Source: Octopus bimaculoides
Lineage: Eukaryota
Assembly: GCF_001194135.2 (NCBI RefSeq)
Contig: NC_068997.1
Coordinates: 52,754,814 to 52,818,813 of the forward strand
Length of the DNA: 64,000 nucleotides
Direction of reading: 5' to 3'
A model generated the notes under the pieces. It was not told the DNA's origin. It worked only from the letters and a program-made list of their open reading frames with translations, and made no database searches. The translations under genes were made by a program, and so were the position numbers. Shown piece after piece: positions 37,305 through 48,553 of the stretch. How positions within the stretch are numbered: the stretch's first letter is position 1; the number at the start of each line of letters is the position of its first letter.

Positions 37305-38606
37305 GTAAGTTTTGTTTTGTTTTTATTGAGGGTGGATGATGGAATACCTTTAATGAGGGTGGCTGGGGCATTATTTTTATTGAGGCCATAATATCTGTAT
37401 TCAGGGTGAGTAGTGAAATGCCAGTAAAGCACGAAACAAAATTATTTTTTGTGTTATTTTGTTCACCCCCTCTACAATCTGAGCTCAAATTCTACCCCAA
37501 ATCCTATTTTCTTCTTGTTTTTTCGAAGTCAATAAGTACTCAGGTAGACATTTTTACTGTATATATCATCATCACTTTCTTTTTAACTGGTGCCATATAA
37601 AATGCACCCTGTTCTCTCTGTAAAGTGGTTGGTGTTCGGAAGGGCATTGAGCTGTAGAAATCCTGCCAGAACCGACAATCGGAACCTGCTGGAGCGCATC
37701 TGGTGTGCCAGCTCCTGTTAAACTGTCCAGCCCATGCCACCATGGAAAGTGGATGTTAAATGATAATGATGATCTTCCATGCTGGCATGGGTTGCATGCT
37801 ATGACAGGATCCAGTGAATCCAAGGACTACATCTTGTTCCAATGTCTTGTTTTGGTATTGTTTTTATGGCTGCATGGCCTTCTTAATGCCAATCATTTTA
37901 GAGTGTGGACTGGGTGTTCTTTCGTTCCACCTGCATTATTGAGGTGGCCATGCAGCTTGCAGGACTACAAGCCCTGGGGTGGGGGGTCAGCTTCATTCTA
38001 GGGATGTGAGATAGTTGAACTATGAGAAGACGGGGGCAGTGCAGGTTCTTGTAGCGGATCTGCATGGCTACTCACATTTAGTAGGGGAAGGGGGCAGAAA
38101 GAGAAAATGAACAGTAGCGGCTACAAGAGATAGATAATGGTGATGAGGTACCTAGACGGCCCCACAAGGCACAAATGTGTATATTTGTATTCACAATGTA
38201 TGTGTACATTTATACGTTTGTATATACACGTATAAATGTACACGTGTATATGTACATACACACCTGTATGTGTGCACATCATTACCATCATCATTTAATT
38301 CTGTTTTCTATGCTGGTATGGGTTGGATAGTTTGACAGGGGCTGGCAAGGCTGGAAGCTGCACAAGGCACGTCTGTTTTGGTATGGTTTTTACAGTTGGG
38401 TGCCCTTCCTAATACCAACCACTTTACAGAGTGTACTGGGTGCTTTTTACATGGCAGCAGCACCATTGCTTTTCATGTGGTACCAGCACCAACAGGGTCA
38501 CCAAGTTCCTTGCAAGACAAAAACCCCTAAACTGGGAAGGGGGTTGGGCAGTATTGAGGGTGTGTGGTTTTGTGCCAGTTGACAGATTAAAGGTACAGAG
38601 GGACAT

Positions 38607-38642
<36 letters not shown>

Positions 38643-38675
38643 ATAATTCTAATGTGTTTGTGTTTCTTCTTGCAG

Positions 38676-38857
38676 AAAACATTCAGTACCAAAGCCTACT
38701 TTCCCAAAGGTTTATGGTATGACTTCTACACTGGCAACATGATTAGTTCAGCTGGCCTCTACATGTTCCTCGATGCTCCATGGGACAAGATTAACCTACA
38801 TGTTCGTGGAGGTGCAATCATACCAACCATTGAACCTGATGTCACTACTACAGCATC
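38676..38857 (+). CDS. GAA: GAA-like exon
   Basis: ttgcag/gtgagt. KTFSTKAYFPKGLWYDFYTGNMISSAGLYMFLDAPWDKINLHVRGGAIIPTIEPDVTTTA(S). 182 nt, phase 0 to 2. Confidence 0.96.
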
Positions 38858-39089
38858 GTGAGTGGTTTTTTTTTTTTTCTTTCCTTTACTTGAGAGTTTC
38901 AGGAGTTTAGTTCAGCCAGGAACTGGTAGATAATATATATGTACACATACATGTATATGTTAGTGTATGTGTGTGTGTGTGTGTGTGTAAATGAAAGGGT
39001 AAAAATGAAAGAAGAAATAGTTATAGTAAAATGAAGTATGATTCAACAGTTGTTTGATGACCACTACACATATTTCGATACTGTCAGGT

Positions 39090-39285
39090 ATCTGGTAATT
39101 CTAACGGTGAACGAGCTCTATTTTGTATACTCTAATATGATTTTAACGGATACACCTCAACCCATATATATATATATAAGTTTCATCCAGATCTATCCAG
39201 CGGTTCTTGAAATATCTTGTCTGTGGACAAACAAGCAAACATGACTGAAAACAATACCTCTGCCTTTGCTAAGGCAGAGGTAATA
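39090..39285 (+). mobile_element. Possible Helitron/Helentron-type non-autonomous element 3' end
   Basis: Perfect 12-bp stem with 4-nt loop, tacctctgcctt-tgct-aaggcagaggta (39255-39282), preceded by acaaacaagcaaac microsatellite-like sequence. Confidence 0.4.
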
Positions 39286-39527
39286 AAGGATTAAGACGTT
39301 ATGCAAAGTCTCTTACAGCTGTTTCTAGAACAGCTGTGCATATCTCACTGAGCAGAGATTTTCATACAAAAATGATTATATATATATATGTAGGCAAACA
39401 ATTAAAAATGCTTTATAAACTCTGTGACATCCATAACAATATCTTTTAATGAATCTAGAATTACTTAGTTTGTTTCTCCAATTGTTAAAATTGTTGTCTG
39501 TTTGGAATGTTATTTTCTGTTTTACAG

Positions 39528-39616
39528 GAGAAAGAAGAAATTTGGTTTATTTGTTGCTGCTGACAGTAACAGCACGTCGAGAGGGGAACTTTTCTGGGAC
39601 GATGGAGAAAGTTTCG
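39528..39616 (+). CDS. GAA: GAA-like exon, distal beta-sandwich (LFWDDGES)
   Basis: ttacag/gtagga. RKKKFGLFVAADSNSTSRGELFWDDGESF. 89 nt, phase 2 to 1. Confidence 0.95.
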
Positions 39617-40134
39617 GTAGGAGACTTATTTTGCATATATATTGAGAGTTGAAATAAGATGGTCATTATTATTATTATTGAGTGAGAGAGCAGTGCATGC
39701 CATCAAAGTAACACTAGGGTAAAATATACGAAGCCCGTTATACCCATCATGACGACCCGTCTGATAAGGGTACACCATGCACATGCATCACAACCATATG
39801 TGCGTGACATGGTGATCTCATATAAAGATAAACAGTGCATGACCTTGCAGGTGGGGCCCAGCTAGAATTTTCTTCAGGTCAAATAGCCCATCCCACTCCA
39901 GAGTTCCCTGAATAAGGATTGCTTAAGGTGAATTATATCCACTAGTGAGGTCATCAGGTAATTCACAAGACAAGACCCTTCAACTGAGTGGGGTGTAGTT
40001 TTAAGGGAGGTGGCTTTGTACCAGGCGATGAGAGGTTAAAGTGTGAATAGAAGGATAGAAACAGGTAACTTTCTGTAGAGGAAAGACATAGCTACTCCTT
40101 TTCGAAAAGGTGTGAAGATGGTGAAGATATCACA

Positions 40135-40495
40135 GGTGTGGTTGTATAGTAAGATGTTCACTCCCTAAACTCATGGTTCTGGGTTCAGTTCCAGTTTTTG
40201 GCATCTTAAGCAAATGTCTTCTGCTATAGCCTCATGCCAGCCAAAACCTGTGAGTGGATTTGGTAGATAGAAACTGAAAGATGTGTGTGTGTGCTCAAGT
40301 GTGTGTTTGTCCCCACAAAACTGCTTGACAACTGGTGTTGGTTTGCTTACATTCTTGTAACTTAGCAGTTTGGCAAACAGCATTGACAGAATAAATACCA
40401 GGCTTAATAAATAAGTACTGGAGTTGATTTGTTTGACTAAACCCATTTAAGGTGGTAATCCAGCATGGTCACAGTCCAATGTCTGAAACAAATAA
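40135..40495 (+). mobile_element. SINE family 1, diverged near full-length copy
   Basis: Same head/spacer/tail layout as 34843-35190. Confidence 0.72.
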
Positions 40496-40664
40496 AAAAT
40501 GAGGATCCTACAGAGGTGATGGTCACTGCCCCCTCCCCTTCCTGGTGAATTAATCATAAATAAAGCAATATATTTATACTGTATATCTGTATCTTTTGCC
40601 ATTGTTACTTCTCCATTTTTTTTTGCACTCTGACCAATCCTTCTTCCCCATCTCTCTCTTGCAG

Positions 40665-40714
40665 ATACAGTGAAGACTGGAAAATACACACATTTAGTGT
40701 TCACGGGTGCACAA
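40665..40714 (+). CDS. GAA: GAA-like exon (short)
   Basis: ttgcag/gtgagt. (D)TVKTGKYTHLVFTGAQ. 50 nt, phase 1 to 0; required to join the flanking exons in frame. Confidence 0.9.
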
Positions 40715-40849
40715 GTGAGTTTGAATTTCTTTTTTCTATCTTGTCCTGTCCCTCCTCTATACATACACACATGTATATGTAGTGTGTGGGGCTAAAATCT
40801 ATAAATATATTCTGTAGTATTGCTTACTTACATGTGTGTGTGTGTGTGT

Positions 40850-40898
<49 letters not shown>

Positions 40899-41053
40899 TG
40901 GTGATTCACCCTGTCATGTCTGAAAGTTCCTCATTCACTCATGGGAACAACCAGATTCAGGTAAAGAAATATTCTTTACATCAAGTACTGAGTGGACTTT
41001 CCATTTGTTAAATCAAATACACACACATGCAGACGTACATACATACATACATG

Positions 41054-41091
<38 letters not shown>

Positions 41092-41188
41092 CACACATAT
41101 GTACACATACACACACATTTATATTTATGTATATGTATACAAACACATGCATACAGATATATATATATATATACATACACACATAGAT

Positions 41189-41235
<47 letters not shown>

Positions 41236-41284
41236 TGTCTACACCAGTTGTTTACTGTGTATCCCGAATGTTATTTACTTCCAG

Positions 41285-41437
41285 AACAATGTCACCAGTG
41301 AAGTGTTGGCATCTGGTTACTCTCCACCGACTGAACTCTATCTTGGACATGTTTTGGTCTGTGGTGTTGCCAAAGGGCCGCACCAAGTTCTTGCAAACTC
41401 TAAGCCAGCAAAATTCATATGGTTTCCTAATTCACAG
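41285..41437 (+). CDS. GAA: GAA-like penultimate coding exon (equivalent to human exon 19)
   Basis: ttccag/gtaagt. NNVTSEVLASGYSPPTELYLGHVLVCGVAKGPHQVLANSKPAKFIWFPNSQ. 153 nt, phase 0 to 0. Confidence 0.88.
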
Positions 41438-42988
41438 GTAAGTTGATGATAGCCACCTCATCACCTCATCCTCTTCATCATCATCACGATTAATGACCTG
41501 ACAAGAGAAACCTCTCTGTCATTGTTTGACTTTATAGAAATAGCAACCAAACGTTCCTAAAATGAAGGACATGTCAGATAATGTAATCTTACTTGTTCTT
41601 TAAAGGGTGGGATGGTCACGGTTGGAATGTCTTTGGTGAAAGTATAAATATAAGTCTGCTCAATAATAGCTGACCTAGAGTTAAAGAACAACAACATCAT
41701 CGTCATCACAGTAATTATTATTATCTCCTACTTTAATTACTTTGATTAGTCTGTATCAGTTTCATATCTTTAATGAACTCGTTAACCTCTTCATACGATT
41801 CTACCACCTTGCTGCCTGCTGACTCTTGAGAGAAAAGTCTTTTATTGACCAATGCCATGTGAATGAAATTAGGACAGAGGGAAACTGTAATGAAGCCTGT
41901 CAGTTGGATTGTACACACATTTCAGAGGTGCGACCTTGTCACACACATTGTTAGATGCATTTGAGCTGAGCATTACATTAAGGGCACCCATGTCTGTGGA
42001 ATACCCAGCCAGTTATATCTGGTTAGAAGATAAGGTTTTTTTTTTGTTCTTGGAGCCTTAACTTAAAGTGTAAGGTGGTTAAGTAGAAAACTTCTCTATT
42101 TTTGGCAGAGGAATTTCCAGAGAGATGACATTCTGGGATGAACGACTAGGCATTATGGTTAGTAGAGGTGAGAGGTAGCTTGGACATATTAAGGATGCCA
42201 AGAGGTGGGAGATATGATTTGGCCTGCTGTTAGTAAAAGACTTGAGAAGCAAGTTCCAATAGAGTGAAAGGAGGGGGAGATAGATATGGTCAGATCATTG
42301 GATCTGAACCATTTTTCTTTTTATATATGGACGCCATTGATTTCTATTTTGTTGTGGTAAACCTCCATGACCACTTGAAGTTTAAGAACTAATTTTATAT
42401 TTATTTCTTTTGAAATTCCTATTTTGTAAATAAAATGGTTGGCATTAGGAAGGGTCTCCAGCTGTAAAAACCATGCCAAAACAAACCTCGCTGGTGCTGG
42501 TGCCATGTAAAAAGCACTCAGTTCCCTCTGTTAGGAAGAGCATCCAGCTGTAGAAACAGGAAGCCTGGTGCAGTCTTCTGTGTTGTTAGCTCCCGTCAAA
42601 CCATCCAATCCATGGAAAACGGATGTAAACTGATGAGGATGATGATGATGATAATTTGTGTAGTTTGAACTATCAATAATGTTAAAGAAAAAAAAATCTT
42701 GCCATTTCATGCAATAAATACATCTAAAGCAAAATGTTTTCTTGGACTCTTAAAATACTTCTGTGAGTCTCCAGTTTACTATTTTGATTTTGTGGATCCT
42801 CAAAGATCTTATATGGAGCTCAGTTGAGATGCACTAGATTAGATTGATAGGAACATAGGTAGAAAGATATAGACAGGTACATACATACATACATACATAG
42901 AGAGAAAGAGAGAGAGAGAGAGTCGCTTATTTATTATTGCAAGGACTTTGTAAATTTCCAATCTATTTTCTATTTTGTTTCCTTGTAG

Positions 42989-43051
42989 GTTTTAAACATC
43001 ACCAACATGGCTCTCAGCCTCACTCATCCATTCACTATTACCTGGAGCTGA
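42989..43051 (+). CDS. GAA: GAA-like last coding exon
   Basis: ttgtag acceptor. VLNITNMALSLTHPFTITWS then TGA; GH31 C-terminal L...F-x-I-x-W pattern ending as in single-domain GAA. Confidence 0.9.
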   Translation, partial: VLNITNMALSLTHPFTITWS

Positions 43052-43082
43052 TTCCTACAACACAAAAATGTATTATAACAAG

Positions 43083-43088
43083 AATAAA
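43083..43088 (+). promoter_or_regulatory. Candidate polyadenylation signal (AATAAA) of the GAA-like gene
   Basis: AATAAA about 30 nt after the stop codon, followed by an A-rich stretch. Real use cannot be shown from DNA alone. Confidence 0.4.
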
Positions 43089-43859
43089 CCGAAATTAAAT
43101 GTAAAAAAAACCAAAAAAAAAAAAACCAAAGAGAACGAGAATGAGAGAGAAGGATTCTTAAGTAGAGGAGGGTAAAAGAAAGTAAAAAAAAAAAAAGTAT
43201 TCGTTAAAGGGAAACAATCGAGAATTTTATTGCTAGTTTGGAAGTGATCTCCCTTTAAATGTCTTCGTATCTAGCTATTCAAGACCTATNNNNNNNNNNN
43301 NNNNNNNNNNNNNNNNNNNNNNNNNNNNNNNNNNNNNNNNNNNNNNNNNNNNNNNNNNNNNNNNNNNNNNNNNNNNNNNNNNNNNNNNNNNNNNNNNNNN
43401 NNNNNNNNNNNNNNNNNNNNNNNNNNNNNNNNNNNNNNNNNNNNNNNNNNNNNNNNNNNNNNNNNNNNNNNNNNNNNNNNNNNNNNNNNNNNNNNNNNNN
43501 NNNNNNNNNNNNNNNNNNNNNNNNNNNNNNNNNNNNNNNNNNNNNNNNNNNNNNNNNNNNNNNNNNNNNNNNNNNNNNNNNNNNNNNNNNNNNNNNNNNN
43601 NNNNNNNNNNNNNNNNNNNNNNNNNNNNNNNNNNNNNNNNNNNNNNNNNNNNNNNNNNNNNNNNNNNNNNNNNNNNNNNNNNNNNNNNNNNNNNNNNNNN
43701 NNNNNNNNNNNNNNNNNNNNNNNNNNNNNNNNNNNNNNNNNNNNNNNNNNNNNNNNNNNNNNNNNNNNNNNNNNNNNNNNNNNNNNNNNNNNNNNNNNNN
43801 NNNNNNNNNNATAATAATAATAATAATAATAATAGTAATAATAAGGATTAGTGTTATCT

Positions 43860-44470
43860 TTTTATTAGTGAGTTTAAATTCCACCAAGGCCAACTTTCGC
43901 ATTTTATTCTTTCAGAGTATATCAGATAAATTAAGTACCAGTAATGTACTGGGGTTCCTACAAAGATATAAATAAACTCCGCTGCTCCCCTCCCCCGCCA
44001 CCAAATGTGAGGCCTGTACTCTTCTTAGAAACTATTATTATTGGTATTAGTTTTGAGGTGATGAGCTGGCAGATTCGTTAGCACACAGAATCGTTAGCAT
44101 TTTGTTTCTCTTTACATTCTGAGTTCAAATTCTTCTGAGGTTGACTTTGCCTTTCATCCTTCTAGGGTTGATAAAATATGTACCAGTTGAATACTGGGGT
44201 CCAAGTAATTGACTAGCACCCTCCCCAAACTTTCAAGCCCCTTGTACCTTTAGTAGAAATTATTATTATTATTACCTATAAGGCTGCAAGCTATTAGAAT
44301 TGTTTGAGTATCAGGCAAAATGCCTTGCAGTGTTTGTTCTGGCCGTTCAAATTCTGAGTTCTAATCCTGCTAAGGTCAGTTTTTCCTTTCATTATTTCAG
44401 GATCAATGAAATAAAGTACCAGTTATGAACTGGGGTTGACAGTTTCAACTTAGGCTTCCCGCTAAAATTG
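43860..44470 (+). mobile_element. Cluster of three co-oriented SINE family 2 copies
   Basis: Three units bearing ttcatcct/taagtaccag/actggggt-type motifs, separated by (tta)n. Confidence 0.7.
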
Positions 44471-44772
44471 TTGCTCTTCTACTTAAATTGGAAACAATTT
44501 TCGTTGTTATAAATCTGAAATAAGATATTCGTATACTTAAACTTTATTTTGTTGTATCAAAGAATATGGAAAAATTTCCAAAAGGCATCCATCCATCCAC
44601 CACAAACTAACTTAACATCCATGAGTAGCAAACATGCTTCTGCAGAATTCTTACATTCTTTAATTCTATACACAAACTGACTTGGAGTAAAGACTTTTGC
44701 CAACATAACATGGCAGTCCTCGTTTAGGGCTGTGGGTCATTATTTTTATGTACACATGTTTGTGTGTATGTT

Positions 44773-44806
<34 letters not shown>

Positions 44807-45104
44807 NNNNNNNNNNAGGTTAGATAAGCGTTTATAGATGTAAGGAATCGTACAATTATAAATGTGAAGAGAAGTTGCATATATTTTATAGAATGTAAAT
44901 TTGTCTTTACAGCTGTTTCAAAAATTCAGTGAATGTTTAGTATTACACCATATATTATCCACTCATGCCAACTCTTATACTGCTGGACTACCTTACCCTG
45001 ATAAATAAGTTGGAGTTGAAGAATTTCATTAGTCCAAGCATGAATTTGATGTTTATTTAGTCTGTGCTAGCACCATCTCCTCACCTACTATATATATATG
45101 TATG

Positions 45105-45154
<50 letters not shown>

Positions 45155-45429
45155 CACATACACACACACACACATACATTGATTATTCTTTAACAAGAAT
45201 ATATATTTACATATGTACAAACATATTAACTTCTAGTCTATTATTATTTTGTAGTAGTAGTACTAGTAGTAGTAATAATAATAATAATAATAATAATAAT
45301 ATCTGTAATAATGATAATAATAATAACAATATCCTGCATTATTAGCTATCACCATGTTTTCTCTTACATCAATAATGTGTAATGTGTCTATATACAAAAG
45401 ACAATGTCTGTGTGTATTTTATAGATATC

Positions 45430-45468
<39 letters not shown>

Positions 45469-46020
45469 ATATGCCTGTCATAAAACATTGATGATATTAA
45501 TCATTTGATGTCCTGTGCCTCAGCTTGTAGCTTTGATATTCTTTATATTTTTGGTATCATAACAAGACATGTTGATATTCTCATTAAGTATCCAAACTAC
45601 AATTGCGAAATTCTGACCGAACTGATAACATTTCTTTTTAATCTTTTAATCTTTCAATATTTTCTTTATGTCTTGACATCCTATCACCACAGACCCCATC
45701 ATCACCGCATACACAAGGTTTGTTTCAGGTGCAGAAAGGGGAAATATACACACACGTATATATATTATATTACACTGATGATCACTCAGGTATCTGTGTG
45801 AAACCATGGTATGGGTNNNNNNNNNNNNNNNNNNNNNNNNNNNNNNNNNNNNNNNNNNNNNNNNNNNNNNNNNNNNNNNNNNNNNNNNNNNNNNNNNNNN
45901 NNNNNNNNNNNNNNNNNNNNNNNNNNNNNNNNNNNNNNNNNNNNNNNNNNNNNNNNNNNNNNNNNNNNNNNNNNNNNNNNNNNNNNNNNNNNNNNNNNNN
46001 NNNNNNNNNNNNNNNNNNNN

Positions 46021-46052
<32 letters not shown>

Positions 46053-46830
46053 TATAAACATATATGTATATCTTACTACAAAACAAGCTAGGGTTAGTGA
46101 CAGGAAGACCATCCAGTCAGAATTTCTGCTACAAAAACCAATTCCCATCCAAACCATGCTAGCAAAGAACACTGGATGTTCCATGCAGGAAGAAATATAC
46201 AAATGAAACACAACAAACACACACACACACACACATACACACACACATACACATGCACATAACATTTGGGTAGGGTGTGTGTTTTAGCTGAAGTAAAGAT
46301 GATTTGCAAATGATGAAATCATTATAACGTTTGGAAAAATACTTCATCCAAAACTGGTCGTCTGCGCTCACTACAAGTTTTACCATCTTTATATTCTCTT
46401 TCTGTTGTTATTCTAGCTCTGGGGTTGGGTCAGTGGCCCCCACCCTCTAATAGACCTTTAAACACTGAGATCTGAAATCAAATGTCACTACTGTTCATAT
46501 CATCTGTGTATAAATTTTAAAATTGATGATATCACCAGCAGTGACATAGGTCGATCACAGGTACAATAGCAATTACGCTTCATGCAAATATATATATATA
46601 TATATATATATATAGGTTATGAGTGGTAGTGGTGTCGATTAGACCCAGAGGTTTCAAGTAATGCTGAGTAAGTGCTATGGATAGACCACAGTTAAGCTCC
46701 AGGTTCGGTGTTTATGCGAATAAGGGATCCAATGTAGGTCATATATCAGCGTGTGAATATAAGGATTTACTTTTCGTAATGAGATAAAAAACCAAGGCTG
46801 TGTATAATATAGAACATTTATAAATAGAAT

Positions 46831-46878
46831 GTCTTACAGCTGTTTCCAGGATATTTGTTGTACCCCTTCATCGGAGAC
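46831..46878 (-). ncRNA. Minimal type-I hammerhead-ribozyme-like motif (one core substitution)
   Basis: Minus strand GUCU-CCGAUGA-AGGGGuacaacaaauaUCCU-G-GAAAC-AGCU-GUA-AGAC: stem I GUCU/AGAC, palindromic stem III ACAGCUGU, GUA triplet. U4 is C. Confidence 0.5.
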
Positions 46879-47014
46879 GGTGTGAGAGGATGGTTAAGCA
46901 ATAGTTAGTTTAGATAAGATATCTAAATAGAGAGTGAATGTAGGGATAATGTATTTGTAAATCCATTGTTTAGGCAGAATGGTATACATATAAGATTCCA
47001 AAACCTTGTGAGTA

Positions 47015-47064
<50 letters not shown>

Positions 47065-48519
47065 ATTTATAAAATGGGTTTAATAGTTTCTAAAGGTTAA
47101 CTGATTATAAAATAATTGATAGTGTCCTGAAAGGGTCAACTCATTATTATGGAAGGATTAACTCATAATGAAAGGGCTAACTCATTAGGAAAGGGTTATG
47201 TCATGCTGATGATTTCAAATAAAGATGAAATGGCACTACACATGGCTACGTACATCTGCAATTTTAAGATCTTTGTAATGAGTTTGAAAGAGTTGTATTA
47301 AGTTTGTATATTTTGTGCACCTTCTTCATCACTATTTGATTTCAAATTCAAATTTCCAATCCTGCCTAAACTTGATCTAGAAGTGTTTGTCTCCCTTGCA
47401 ATAACTGACCACCAAGGCATGCCATGTGCATGAATTTAAATACGGTTATGCATAATTATTATAGAAATCATGAGCTGAGGTTCTGTGTAAAACCTAAATA
47501 TATTCATCTGAGGGTTTACATTAAAAGATCAATACCTAATAGCAGTAGTAGTTGTTGTTGTTGTTGTTGCTATCTTTCTTTAACCCCAGGTCATCCTTGA
47601 GTAAATCTTTAATCAAAAGCACTCCTTCCATGTTTACACCATCATTCTTAGGTTTATTGAAGACCTACATTATTCAACATACACTTCCTTGTTTAAAATA
47701 CCACAGGTAGGTTTGAGGGAGATTTGCCTGCTTTTTTTTTTTTTTCAGAGGTATTCCTTGTTGGCCTGTAGTAGTAGTTGTAATAGTAGTAGTAATAGTA
47801 ATGATAGTGGTAACAGTGGTTGTAGAGTATGAAAGGATTGTTGTTATGAATGTCAACAAACAGGGTTTATAGTTAGAACCATCACGCATGGCTGTGTCCC
47901 CAGCAGCTGTTGCACTTTGAGAGGAGGGGCTTAATAATCACAACCGCTGATATTAAAAGGGTTTACAAAGGGAAAAAGAAAATAATATTCAAATATTCAT
48001 TGGGTTTTTTTCCCTTTCCTATGAGTTTATTTCAAAAAAGCAACAACAAAAATACAAAACAAAACAGCAATAGAATGAAAATAAATTTTTTCTTTTAAAA
48101 TGTGATAAAAATTACTTTTTTGCTTCTTTTGCTGAAATTTTCAAAAATATTTTTAAATTTTTGTAAAATTTATTACTTTGGCTTATTTTTTGCTTTGGTG
48201 TTTTTTTTTTCTAAGAAAAACTTGGATAAAAAATAATATTAAAAAAAATTAAGATAAAATATAGAATATATTTTTTTCAATCAATGCTTTTTTCTTTCAA
48301 TTTTTTTTTATAAATCTTTTATTTCTATATTTTTTGTTCATTATTATCATTGTTATACTATTATTATTATTATTAATATTATTATTATTATTTTGAAAAA
48401 TGTTGGAAATGTTACAGTTGATTGATGCCATGTGTGTATAGACATGAATATTGATATATACACTTACATACACATACGGATATATACACATACATACAGA
48501 TATATGAATGCACACATTT

Positions 48520-48553
<34 letters not shown>

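Noticed and set aside
41750-42300. Possible CR1/L2-like LINE 3' remnant on the minus strand
   Set aside because: Too decayed for me to support a family call from motifs alone.
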